DNA from: Vicugna vicugna
Taxonomy: Eukaryota
Assembly (NCBI GenBank): GCA_013265495.1
Contig: MU063048.1
Location: 4,092,001 to 4,156,000, forward strand
DNA: 64,000 nt
Direction of reading: 5' to 3'
In this document: positions 1 to 11,541 of the stretch, piece after piece
Layout of the letters: each line of letters opens with the position of its first letter
Numbering within the stretch: position 1 is the first letter of the stretch
Position numbers and translations under genes: made by a program
Notes under the pieces: generated by a model
The model's database searches: none
Told to the model about the DNA's origin: nothing
The model's input: the letters and a program-made list of their open reading frames with translations, nothing else

Positions 1-364
1 TGGAAAGTAGGGTTTAAGAGTGTGTCAGTATGCTGAGAACCCCTGCTGATGCCTGAAGTGGACTAAGCAGGCGATAAAAGAATAAACTCATATCCTCCAG
101 CCAGACTGTCACGGTGTTGAAAGGCGCCCTGGAGCCTGACGGGCGGGAGGGAGTTCCATTTTTTTTGTGTTTCAGTACTTTTTAATTTCTCGCATTATTT
201 ACATGTGATATTTTGGTTAGTTTAAACATTAATTTAAAAACAAATACAATTTGACTGTATGTTACAGGCAGCATTAAAGTAAAACGTATGTGCAGTGTTC
301 GTCTTTACTGAATGCATCAGTATGCACCCTGCCTGCCAGAAGCAGGAAGGAAGATCTGTGCCGC

Positions 365-560
365 TTTTAACCGAGGTGTAATTGGCGTGTAACGTGGTTC
401 AGTGCTCATGTGTCTTGCAGAATGTCGCAGTAAGTCTGGTTAGTGGCCGTCACCCCAGAGAGCTAAACATTCTTTTCCTTCTGACGAGAACTTCTAAGAT
501 CTCTCTGAACAACTTCTAAACGTACAGTACAGCATTATTAACCATAGTTAGTGCAGTGAG
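365..560 (-). mobile_element. Ancient L1 (L1MB-like) 3' fragments
   Basis: ttttaaccgaggtgtaattggcgtgtaa and aaacgtacagtacagcattattaaccatagt resemble the recalled reverse-strand L1MB 3' end. Confidence 0.5.
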
Positions 561-650
561 ATGTTAATTTCGCTTATGGGGAAAGAAGCGTGTTAATTTC
601 TTCTTGTTGTTGATACAAGTTACCGCAGACTTAGTGATTTAGAACAGCTC

Positions 651-900
651 TGCTGTGGACGGAATTGTGTCCCCCCACGTAGTCACCTTTGGAGGTGGGG
701 TTTTGGGGAGGGTGGGCCCTCGTGATGGGGTTCCCGTGAGCAGGCACAGGACGGGAAGGTGGACTCTGCAAGCCCAGAAGAGAGCTGGGGCCAGGCCTGA
801 GCCTGCTGGTGCCCGGACCTCAGGCCCACAGGGACGGCTGTCTGTGGCTTAACACTGGGTCTGCGGCATCGTGGGTGGGCAGCCTGAGCAGACGAAGACA
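651..900 (+). mobile_element. MaLR solo LTR, MLT1 family (internally deleted)
   Basis: Starts tgctgtggacggaattgtgtcccc, contains tctgcaagcccagaagagag, and ends ggcagcctgagcagacgaagaca. TG...CA termini match the recalled MLT1 consensus. Confidence 0.75.
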
Positions 901-904
901 GGCA

Positions 905-1298
905 CAAGCACACCGCCTCACGGTCCTGGAGGTCAAAGTCTGGGTGGAACACAGAGGCCAAAATCGAGGTGCTGGCAGAGCTCTGCTCCTTCCGGAGGCT
1001 CGGGAGAGCCTGTCCTGGCCCTGTCCAGCTCCTGGAGGCTGCGTGTGCTCCTCGGCTTGTGCCCCCCGCCCTCGTATCGCATCACATCACATCACTCCCA
1101 CCTCCGCTTTGTCCTCTGCTTCTCTGGTCCTCCTGCTTCCTGCGGAAGACCCTGCGGTTACACTGGCCTCACCCGCTAACCAGGGCCGTCCCCCAGCCCA
1201 AGATCCTTAGTCACGCCTGCAAGTCACAGTGCCGGGTGAAGTGGCGTGTTCACAGTTAGGGGCTAGGACACGCTGGCGGGCTGTCATGCAGCCCAGCT
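905..1298 (-). mobile_element. MaLR solo LTR, MLT1 family
   Basis: ctcacggtcctggagg..aaaatcgaggtgctggcag..ccttccggaggctc..aagatcctta..cctgcaag..ttcacag..ctaggacac follows the reverse-strand MLT1C/D consensus order. Confidence 0.75.
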
Positions 1299-1604
1299 CT
1301 CAGGAGTGAGGGGCCAGCGGGGAGCAAACAGCTCCTCTACTCTTAATCCCAGGCATCTGGGGTGTTGTCGGGGGACTGACACTTGCGTAAAACCACGTTC
1401 CTTGTTACATTCATCCAAGAAGATTTGAATTTAATTTCAGTTATAACTGTAACTATTGAAAACCTGGATATTTGGGAAAATCTGAAATTTCATAGGTAAT
1501 TTGCTTTGTCTCCCTGGAAACAGGTAAATAAGTCAATGACAGTTAGGAGTTAGATGCGTGTGTCAAACAACTGAGATTAAAACCCACCTGCACCGCTTTC
1601 TGCA

Positions 1605-1665
1605 GCAGGAGTTTGGGTGAGTTCCCCAATCTCTGTAAATCTTGACGTCCTCATCTGTAAAACAG
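1605..1665 (+). mobile_element. MIR core fragment
   Basis: tttgggtgagttccccaatctct...cctcatctgtaaaacag. Confidence 0.55.
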
Positions 1666-4600
1666 AGCGCCGCAGAGTCTGCCCCCGGGTCGCTGCGAGG
1701 CGGTGCCTGACGCACCGAAGACGGTCAGCGGGTGTGCGCTGCTGCTGCTGCTGCTCTGTCCATCGCTGGTCCCTCTTCTGACGGAGGGGCTCGCCTGTAA
1801 CCCTCGGCCCTGGGGGTCACTCCTGAGCTGGCACACGCGCAGTGACACCGTTGATGCAAGTAAGTGGGACAGGTTAAGACTGTTCACAGAAGGAGCGAGG
1901 GAGAAAATTTCATGAAAAATAGTAACTTCAGCAGCCGTAAAATTTTTGCAATGTGTATTTAAGAGCAAAAGAAATGTATCTTAATGGATACAAGATGGGA
2001 AAAATAATAAACGATATCAGAGTGAATCAAAAATCATTTTAATTATTGGAACTAATAAATGTACGTATGATGTCATTTAACAGGAGTGAGATTATACGCC
2101 TGTCTTTTGAATGTGAGCATAATTTAGCCGTGTCGCTGACAGCCAGATGCGGTAAGATTTCGCTGCCCAGCTCTGTTTAACTCGTGTAATAAAGAATCTG
2201 ACTGGGCTTTGTCGCCCATTCCTGGACCGGAGGCTCTGCGCCCTCGGCGTTTCCTAGGTGACAGGAGCATCCTTTTTCTCCGCGGTGGGCTGCTGGACCG
2301 TCCGAGGGCGGGGCTGGCCGTGTGGACGTGCCCCAGGATGGGAGGGCTGGGGCTCCAGCCCCGGGAGGTCAGCCGGCCGCCTGGCCCGTGGGGAGAGGGG
2401 GCTGGGGGTGAGGTTCAGCGACATAGCAGGCAGTTCAGTCAAGTACGTCACGAGCCCCGGTGCTCGCTGGGTGCCACGGCTCAGGGGAGCTTCCTGTCCG
2501 GGGGCCGCGTGATGCGTGGAGGGTGTTGCGTCCTGAGGACCCGGGGGCGTCAGGGTTGAAGCGTGCGGACCACCCCGTGTGTGCCTTTGTGTCTCGTCCT
2601 GATGTGTGGGGCTTCCCTCCTGAGCTCTGGAGTCACTCTAGTGACCCGCGAACCCGAGGGGCGTCATGGGAACCCCTGATCTTGTAGCTGGTTGGTCAGG
2701 ATGGCGGCGGCCTAGGGCCCCCAAACTTGCGGCTGCCGTGAGGGAGGCAGTCTTGTTGGGGGCTGTGGGGGCCAGTCCGGCGGGCAGGGTGAGAGTTACC
2801 CGAATCGTGTCACAGTTCTGCACTAACAAATGGGGCCGGGGGGGCAGGTGAAAGAAAACCCAGAAATCTAAAACAGCTAATGAAGTCAAGCGTGTGGCTT
2901 TGAACGTTGTTGGACCTAAAATACAGGGTGCTGAGTCGCGTGGAGCCGGCACCCCGAGCTGATGTTTGGCCCTAGAGGGGGGCTCGTAGGACCCGACGGA
3001 AGGGCTTTCCCTCCCCCGGAGTGCCGGCGCCGTCCCCTCCCGCCCTGCGGTTCCCCTCCTGCTGGTCAGGTGTCGGAAACCGCGTCCTTCTTCCCCTGCT
3101 GTTCACATCAGATCTCCTCAGGCGTTTCTGCCAGAGACCCCAGCCCCGCCAGCCCCTGCCTGGGAATGGACTGGCCCACGCCTCTCGGGGAGCAACAGAA
3201 ACGCCCCAAAAAGGAATCCGTATGCAGGCTCATGCCCTGCCCTGCTTTTCAGCTGAGGAAGACGTTGAAGGCCCCAGTGGCGTCCCCAGGGGCACACGCC
3301 ACACCTGTGGATGTGTGCCCTCCCTCCGGACCCTCCAGCCTGTCCCCCATCCCTCCCCAGCCGCGGCCTCAGTGGTGGCCGCCTGGTCGCTGCCCCGTGA
3401 CCAGCGGTCTCCTCTCTCAGCCTGCGTCCGGCCTTTTCTCAGTGTCTGTTCTGACCTCCGGGTGTCAATATTCTGGTTCATGTAGTCCTGAAACTAACCT
3501 GACTTCAATAAAAAGAAGATTCCTGTTTGATGTCTGGGCGGCTGAGACCTGGAGACGACCCGCCCAGGGTGCGGGGGGAGCACACGGCGGGGCTGGGCCC
3601 CCAGCTGCCGCCCCCTCCGGGCTGCGCACGGCTGGGCACACGGCGGGCTTCGGACCCAGGAGCCTCGCAGTGACCAGGCCCACGGCAGTGTGTGTCCTGA
3701 GAAGGCACTCCGGACAAGACTGCGCTCCTCCCTCCCGCCGCCACTGTAGGCGACGTGAGATTTCCTTGTGCTCTATTTCTGCTTTGGAGGCTCAGTTCTC
3801 TCCTTAGTAACTCGGAAAGTGTCTTTCCACCTCCTGCTCCGGTGGAAGGCATCTCAGGCACTCAGGGCCTCCTCGCCTGCCTTTGTCACGGTTTTGGGCT
3901 ACAGACTTCACGTGTTAATTTGGTTGCAAAAAACAGAGTTCAACCAATTGATGTTTACATTTAAAAAAAAACCCATGAATCAAGGGAGCATCTCAAGACC
4001 TGTTTTTCCCTTATTGTAAGTGAGGTTCCCGTGAGTGGCCGGCAGGACCAGCCGACGGAGAGCGGCCTTACCACATGGTGGGCAGCTGGGGTTCACGCGG
4101 AGACTCATTAAATAAAGCAGCGGTGGCAGCTACCTCCTGCTGGCGCCCTCTCGGAGGTGCGGTGCCTGCACTCTCCCGTCCTGGCGAGCCTCTCACACTT
4201 TGTTTTACGTCTCTCTCATTTTCCTGACTGTTCCTGACACCTTCTGACCTCACAGTACTTTTATTATTATTTTTATTGCTACTATAACAACGATAACTTA
4301 AGGGCCTGATTTATATGACGGTAACTTAGCCGAGGGGGAGATTAAGACGTACCCAGAAAACGCGCTGTGAATGTTCAAGTCTGTTAGGCTTTCGTTTTTA
4401 TTAAGTGGGAGACTTTTGTTTTGACACAGATGAGTTGGGAGAGTCACGAGTGACTGCAGGGCTGTGTTTGCTGGGGCACCTGGCCGGGCGTCCACGGGCT
4501 GGGGACACTTCAGCGAAGGCGTCTCAGCTGGTCACCATACAGGACACTCAACTTACTCAGTTTCTTTCTTTTTTCCTGAGTAATTGATAGCCATTCTTTT

Positions 4601-7600
4601 GTTCTTTCTTTCTGAAGTAAATCTTCAGGAAGATTAAACTGGCGCAAATTCTGGACAGATTTCTTTTACTGGAATAATTCCGGTGTGTAAGTGTCTCGTC
4701 CGGGGGGGCCAGACCACCTGCACTCACAGCAGAAAGCAGTCTCCCGGGAGGGTGGGCGGCACCTGAGCCCCTGCGGACCTGCCGGGGCCGGGGCTGGGTT
4801 TGCAGCCTGAAGCCCGCTGCGTGGACCTGGGTGCCGAGATCCCCCGCCTGCCCCCCAAGCCGCTGCCTCCCGCGGGACTCGGCCCAGAGCCCAGCCCGGC
4901 CCGCCGTCCTCCTGGTCCCCCCAGCGGCCTCCACTGCACGCGGACCCTCTGCCCGGGTCCTAGACCAGCTCGCTGCCATCTCCCTGTCTCTGAATCGCCC
5001 TTACCAGCCGCCGTGATGGTTGTGATTCAGTGGATTCCGGTGAACTGACGTGAACCGTGCGGTTGCTTTGTTATGACAGCACTTCTGAGGAGTCACTGCA
5101 ATGCCGTCGTGTGCAGGATAAACGGGGTGACCTGGGCACCGTTAGGCGGACTTGCCAGGGCCGCGCTGGGACGTCGGCTGAGTGAGGAGCACGCTGGTTT
5201 GGGTGCATTTCCCCTGAACGCTGTTGTGTCAGCATCTCTCTCTGTCCAGAGGTTCAGCCTTCTGGCTGAGAGCCGCCTCTGCTGGCCCGGCCTCACCTCC
5301 CTCGTCAGCACTCGTCCTGGCTCTGTTTCTGGGGACGTCTCTACCTCTTCCTGGGAGTAACTGGGTGTTGGAGGGCGAGCAGAGAACAGGGCCCTTCCGA
5401 AGCCCAGAGAAGCTGCAGGTCACCCAGGGTGGCAGATCCTGCCGCCCCACAGGCTCTTCCAGAACCTTCCCCTCAGGTGGCCTCTGTGGGAAGCTCGGTG
5501 AACAGAATGTGGCCGAGATGGGACAGGCCTCACCAGACCTGCTGTCCTGGATGCTTGCCCTTGGGGCCCAGTGGTCCCCCTCGGAGAAACCTCGAGTTAG
5601 CCCCAGGGCTCACAGCCAGCAGTCAACACGGGCCTCTGGACACGGCTGTCCAGCCCCTAGCCTGCGTGTCGTCCGCCTGAGGCCCCAGATGACACCTCTA
5701 TCCACAGTGCTCACCCAGAGAATTCGTGACCATAGTAAACGGTGGTTTTAGGTCACCAACTTCGGGGGACTGTTACTTGGCCCTTGTGACCGTGACATTC
5801 ACTAGAGGACTGGTTCAGACCACACAGCGCGCTGCCACGGCCGTCACGCGGGGGGCCTGCGGCCACCCAGCGCCAGTGGACGTGCTGGCCTCTGCGTCCA
5901 CTGACCCCAGACCACGCGAGCGCCAAACCAAGGTGTGGCTTGTCTCTCCTGTCTGGTGAACCCAGCAGTCTCGGGATGTTGGGAATATGTGGTTTGCCCT
6001 GCTTGTGAGGAAGAAACTGGAGGTTGGGACCCTGCCGGCTCCCTGCACGCGCAGGGAGGCAGCGGCCCCGTGCCCACGCGCGCCTCCTGGTATCCCCGTG
6101 TCCAGGCCACCCAGTGCGTGTTTCAGAGCAGACTGACCTGTCCTTCTGGGCCTTCCTGCCCGCCGTCTGAAGTGAAGGGGTGGGAAGACCCCTAGGGTGT
6201 GAGGGCCTCGTCCCCGAGTCAGTACGGGGAAGGCTGTCTGTAAATGCCCAGCTGGACCGAGGACGCAGGGCTCGAGGGGGGGTTGTGCTGGTTAGGCATG
6301 GCTGTCCGGGACTGCGGCCACTGAGCCTGAAGCCCGGCGAGTCTGGACTGAGATGGCTGGTAGTGTGAAGCGGACGCTGGATTTGAAGGAGGACAAGAGA
6401 CGAGTGTGCAGTGTCCCGTAACTGTTGTGTGAATTACTGGTCGAGACCGGTTGGGTTAAGTCACATAGTGCTAAAACTCACTTCCCCTAGCTCTCTTTTC
6501 ACTGCGGCTCCTGGAGGTTAGTCCCCTCCGTGCTGACAGTGTATTTCCGGGGGACGGGCTGCGCCGAGGCCCTGAGACCCCGGGTTTGTCGGCGCGGTCA
6601 CCTGACCGCCAGCAATGGTACCACGGGGTCCCTCGCGGGCCGCGTCCTGCTCTCCTCTGAGAGACCGATTTCTCCAGACTGAGGTGTCGCCCTCATGGCC
6701 CAAACTTCACACTGAGCGTTCCCGAGCACAGCTGTCCCGTGCCGTCCTGCAGGGCAACAGGCTTCCGCTAAGCGCCGTCGCGGCGTCCGTCGCCGTGGTC
6801 AGGGCTAGATCACACGGCCCGAGGAAGCGAGGCCTGCGACGCGCCTGTCCCAGCCACGCCCCGTCCCACTCCCCTCTGGCAAGACTGCCCGCTGCTTGGT
6901 GGAGTTTTTCTTAGCCCACTCCCCGGAGAGCTCTGTTTTCGTTCTTTACACTTTGTGCTGAAGGTTTATTAAGACCACAGATAAGAGCGTGTTTTTAATC
7001 CCGTTGTGCAGTTACACAGCATCCGGATTCGGTATAGCCAGGGAACTTCATGACTCCACCCCAACCCTGTCTGGCCAACGTGAGCCTCTGCTGGGAAGCA
7101 GTGGGGGGCTCCTGGGGCGTCGGGCCTTCCCGTGCAGGATTTATTCTGATCCTTGCCTTGTGACACTGGAAGGTCATTGTTTATGCTGCTTTAGAACATA
7201 TTTGATGCTGGAACTCGGATTATTTCTATACCGAAACTACCCTGGAAAGCTCTCCTTTCCTTTCGGCGTGTTTCCTGGGTGGTAATGTTTCAAGCAGGGC
7301 CGTGCGGTCTGAAGCGGTGCCGGCGTGTGGCAGCGATCCGCCGCTCGGATCTGCGGAGGCAGGTCTGTGAGGCACCTGACAATGAAGTCGGTTTGTGTTA
7401 CGTGTAACGCAGAGGAAACTCAGCTGCCATGGGGTCAACCTCGTGCAAAAGAAGTGAAACCCAGCCCCACAGAAGCCCTGAAAAGAGGGTTCATTCTCTT
7501 CTGCAGTCTCTGAAGAGGTGGCGGGGGTGTCAGTCACAGGACGCAAAGCAGTGGGTCCCCAAGCCCCTTGTGCCCACCTGCCCGAGTGCCTCGTCTCTGT

Positions 7601-8146
7601 GCCCCCTGGGCCCAGACTCTGCTTTGAAACCCCCGTCCCCCCGAGTCCCGCTGCCCACTCACCGGCCTCTCAGCTCCCCTCCAGCCGGTGTCCCTCAGCA
7701 CCGGACCGTCTCAGGTCAGACACTGGACATCCTCGGGCAGGTGCGGGGACAGAGGCTTGTGAAAACCAACAAGTGAACTTTCCTGGTCTCTGTTACATAT
7801 CGTTATGCTTAGAAAATGTTTTTAAACTGGCAATCATAAACAGTCCACCTGCAGCGTGCAAAGTATCACTTTTATTGCAGCAGATTTAACTTCCTCGTAT
7901 TTTGCTAGTGGCAGGGCTCTGACTAAAGTTGACAAGTTTCCATGCTTTGGGGTTTTTTTTTAAAAGACTGGCCTATCTAGCCTGACCACCTACCTGATTA
8001 TCACAAGTGCAGGGCTGACCGTAGACCCGGGGGAAGGGGCAAAACTTCGTAAGTCACCCAAGCCAGCCTTAACTTACCAACGCCTTCTCTGCCGCTGAGG
8101 ACCAGAGAGCTGGTGTCCGCGTATGTGCGTGTCCGTATGTGTGTCC

Positions 8147-8169
8147 GTGTGTGTGTGTGTGTGTGTGTG
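8147..8169. repeat. (GT)n microsatellite with a degenerate upstream extension
   Basis: Direct reading: near-perfect GT run preceded by GTCCGY-interrupted units from about 8114. Confidence 0.9.
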
Positions 8170-8998
8170 AGAACCAGTGAGCTCACTGCCAGGTAGCTGT
8201 CTCCACATTTCTCTCTTTTGTGTATTTTCGGCAGTAATACACTTGCTGCCTCTTAAGACGCTGAACTTGTATTCCTTCCGGCAGGACTGCCGTCCCCCGT
8301 GTGAAACGTCACGGCTCTTCTCGGGGAAAAGGAAACGTTCTCCTCCACTACGTGTGTTGTGTTATTTCAGCTCATGACTGGTTTCTGGTTTTGTGTCCCA
8401 AGAGGAGCAGGACCGTGGCCTCCTTTTGCGTCACTTTGGACGGACATGTGGCTCCTGACCTCGGAAACGTGTTCGTCTGAGGTTCACCAGGCTGTGCCCT
8501 GGGTGCAGTGGGAGAGAGGCCCCCTGCGTCCGCAGGGCCACCCAGCAGCCTCGTCAAAATTTCACAGTCCGGTGAAGCTGCACCCGTCCGACCTCCGGGG
8601 CCAACCTTCCGGAAAGCGGGGCTGTCAGGGGCTCTGAGCTTGGGGCCGGGCAGTCAAGCCCTCGGCCCCCCGGCCAAGCCCGCCTGCCTCCCTCTGACCG
8701 CGCCCGTCCACCAGGGAAACAGCAGTGCCTCCTCGACGGGGTGGTTCTGGGACTGGGACCAGTGGGCGAGCACGGTGCCTGGAACGTTGGACGTGTTTAA
8801 TAACATTGTTTTATAAACGTTTTATTTCGTTTTGATCAGCGTGGCTGTTTTGCCTGTGTTCCTTCCTTCCCGGTAGCTCCTAACCCTCTCTTTGCCAGGA
8901 CTGAGTTAACATCGCCGAGCTCTGAGAATCAGACGTTTGGCCGTGAGGCACTTCTGTCCAGAGTCTCTGGACGAGATCACTCGTCTCTCTGTGGGGGA

Positions 8999-9040
8999 GA
9001 CCACGTCGGTGGGACCACGTCAGTGGGGCCACGTCGGCGC
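8999..9040. repeat. 14-bp tandem repeat, 3 copies (GACCACGTCRGTGG)
   Basis: gaccacgtcggtgg / gaccacgtcagtgg / ggccacgtcggcgc. Confidence 0.85.
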
Positions 9041-11146
9041 TGCGTGACAGTCCCATTTGCTCTAGACTCAGATTCTTCCTGGTCCTCACGAAGACCTTGA
9101 AAGACACTAGAAGCAAGACTGTAGGAGGCAGGGCTTTGACTCGCAGCCCCTGTGTCCTTGTGGGCAGCGGCTGCGAGCGGGGGGCGTGCGGTGTGCTCCC
9201 GGCTCCTCTGAGGCGTGGCTTCTGCGTGGGGCCCGAGGGGGCTGCTGGGAGGGCATGTCCTCGAGAGGCCAGACGTGGGGCGGCCGGCGGGGCGGGCGGC
9301 CTGACGGTCCAGCTGCTCCAGGAGGCCGATGTGCCCACTCCTGACAGCAAGCGTGCGGGGCTGTGGGGCTGGTCCGGGCAGCCGCGTTCGCCTGGACCCC
9401 CGAGAATGAGAAGACCTGGATCTGCTCAGTGGCGTTCCCTGTCCCTCCACGAGCGGGAGGGACAGACGCACGCAGCACTGATCCGGGCTAGTCCAGGTGC
9501 GAGACGCCGCGCTTCTGCTCACCTGACGCCCCTCCAGGGCCAGGTGCACTGTGTCTCCCGGAAGGCTGGGGCCGGTCGGGAAGCTTCCTTCCAGGTCGTC
9601 GCCTCCAGAAGCTTCTCGGTCGCTCATAGAACTTTTGTCGTTTTTGGAAAGGGTTTGGAGGAAGGAGGCCCGGGGAGGGTCCCAGGCTGTGACCTTGGGC
9701 CTTGGGGAGCTCCTGCGGAGGCAGACGCCCAGCTCAGAAGCACCGGGCAGGGGGCGGTCAGCAGGGCTGGGTCGGAGGGCGCCCTGGGGAGGGGACACCC
9801 ATCCTCCAGTTTCCCATCAGGTGGCATCTGGGACGGAAGGGCTCCCGGCAGTGGCCGCCGGGGAGACCAGCCTGAGGAGGGCCGGCCTGACTGGTAAACG
9901 GGGTGACCGGCCTGTGCAGGGGGCAGGGCAGGCCCCGCGCGGTGACAGGGCCGCCCTCCAAAGGCCAGCACAGCAGTGGGAAACCTGGACCGGGAGGGCA
10001 GAGGGGTGGTGGGGCTGGTGCAGGGCTGGCCACCCTGCCCAGGCCCCGCGGAAGAGTCTGGGGTCACTGTAGCGTCAGCGGGCTGTTTCCTGGCCGGCAG
10101 GAAGGGAAGGATCCCCCCAGTGACAGGCAGAAGCAGTGGCCGTGGGGCCCGTGTGGACCCGCAGAGCCCACCCTGAAAGTGGACGGACGGCCACGGTCAC
10201 TGACGTTTCTCTGATCCTGCAGTTTGGGGCGTCGGGCTGCGTTGCTGTTTTATGGCATGTTTTACAAACTACCCTATTTTGGATGTTGGAACAGCCGGGC
10301 CAGAGTGAGTTCCAGGTCAGGAAGCCACCCCTCCTGCCGGGCTCCGCGGCGCGGCCGCGCCCCGCCATCTCCCGGACCTTTCCCGCAGCTCGTTTATCTT
10401 TCAGGTGCCCTGATCACTGCCTTCAGTCAGTATTCCGTTCTCCTAAACAGGCAATTATCTACGCTGTCACTTTTGCCTTTGCTCTTTTGACCCGGGGGTC
10501 ACAGAGGCCCGGCTGTAACTGGATCCAGCAGAGTTATTCCCTTACCTGCCATATAAACAGTCATCCCAGCAAAATGAGACCCAAGGGGGCCTTTGGAGAG
10601 GTGTTGAGAAGGCCAGTCTAACCCGATCCTTTATTCGCTCTTCAAGGAATGCAGCACTGTTTTGGCACTCTATCAAAATAAAACAAAGTTCCATTTTTCA
10701 GCTTCTTGTTCTAAAGCTGCCCCCCGAGCTGACAAACGCTTCTTTGTGGCCTCCTTTACTGAAATTTCCACTCAGCTCTTCCATCTGTTGGCCGTGTTTA
10801 CCGCTGTTTCTAGGGAAAGAATTCAGCGTTTCACCTCTCTTCGGGGTGTAAGGTCATAAAACTGTCTGGATTATTTCAGCTATATTTACACCAAACTTAA
10901 TATTGCTCCTTTAACAGGTTTAAAGCTTTGGATTCCCTGCTTCATTATTCACGGCGAGCAGCCGGAGAGGAGTTTGTGGTTTACGCGGGAAGGCGTTCTG
11001 TGTCCCCGTACTGTCCCCGCGCAGCTCCCCAGAGCTGTTCTGGCCTGTGAGCGGCGTCCAGAGAGCAGCTGCGGACGCTCCAGGCCCGTCCCCACACATG
11101 GTGCCAGTGCCCGCTCTGCATGCCCCTTTTCCTAGAAACGTTCATT

Positions 11147-11541
11147 GTCATCTGGGAAGACTACGACTGCTGGTCGTGGGTGTGTGTGCATGTGTGCGTG
11201 CATGTGTACATATGTGTGTGTGCATGTTTAGTGTGTTAGTCATCTGGGAAGACTACGATCGCTGGTCGTGGGTGTGCGTGCATGTGTACATATGTGTGTG
11301 TGCATGTTTAGTGTGTTGCACGCACGTGTAATGTGTGTATCTGTGTGCATGTGTGTATCCATGTGCACACGCGTAAATGTATGTGCATATATGCGTGCAT
11401 TGTGTGGGTGTGTATAAATGTGTGCACATCTGTGTCTTTACGTGTGTGCGCACATACATGTATGCATATGTGAGTGTGCACATGTATGTGTGAGTGTGCA
11501 TATATGCGTGTGTACGTGTGTGCGCGCGTATGTGTGTGCGT
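11147..11541. repeat. ~92-bp tandem duplication followed by an alternating purine-pyrimidine (TG/CA/TA/CG) tract
   Basis: gtcatctgggaagactacga..ctggtcgtgggtgtg starts at both 11147 and 11239. The RY-rich low-complexity tract continues to about 11541. Confidence 0.9.

Noticed and set aside
2200-3800. CpG-rich stretch as a possible CpG-island promoter
   Set aside because: CpG richness is window-wide, including inside old transposons, and no first-exon or TSS structure is evident; better explained by regional GC bias.
2962-3807. 281-aa ORF on + strand
   Set aside because: Non-ATG start, Pro/Ser/Arg-rich, no homology recognised, multiple overlapping frames open.
9814-9827. CTCF-like motif CCATCAGGTGGCAT
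   Set aside because: Two mismatches to the core, and such matches are frequent in GC-rich DNA. Cannot be supported without a PWM scan or ChIP data.
8977-9897. Overlapping long ORFs of 266 aa (+) and 273 aa (-)
   Set aside because: Low-complexity Gly/Arg/Pro/Ala/Ser composition, open on both strands, no recognisable domain. This is expected from stop-codon depletion in GC-rich intronic DNA.
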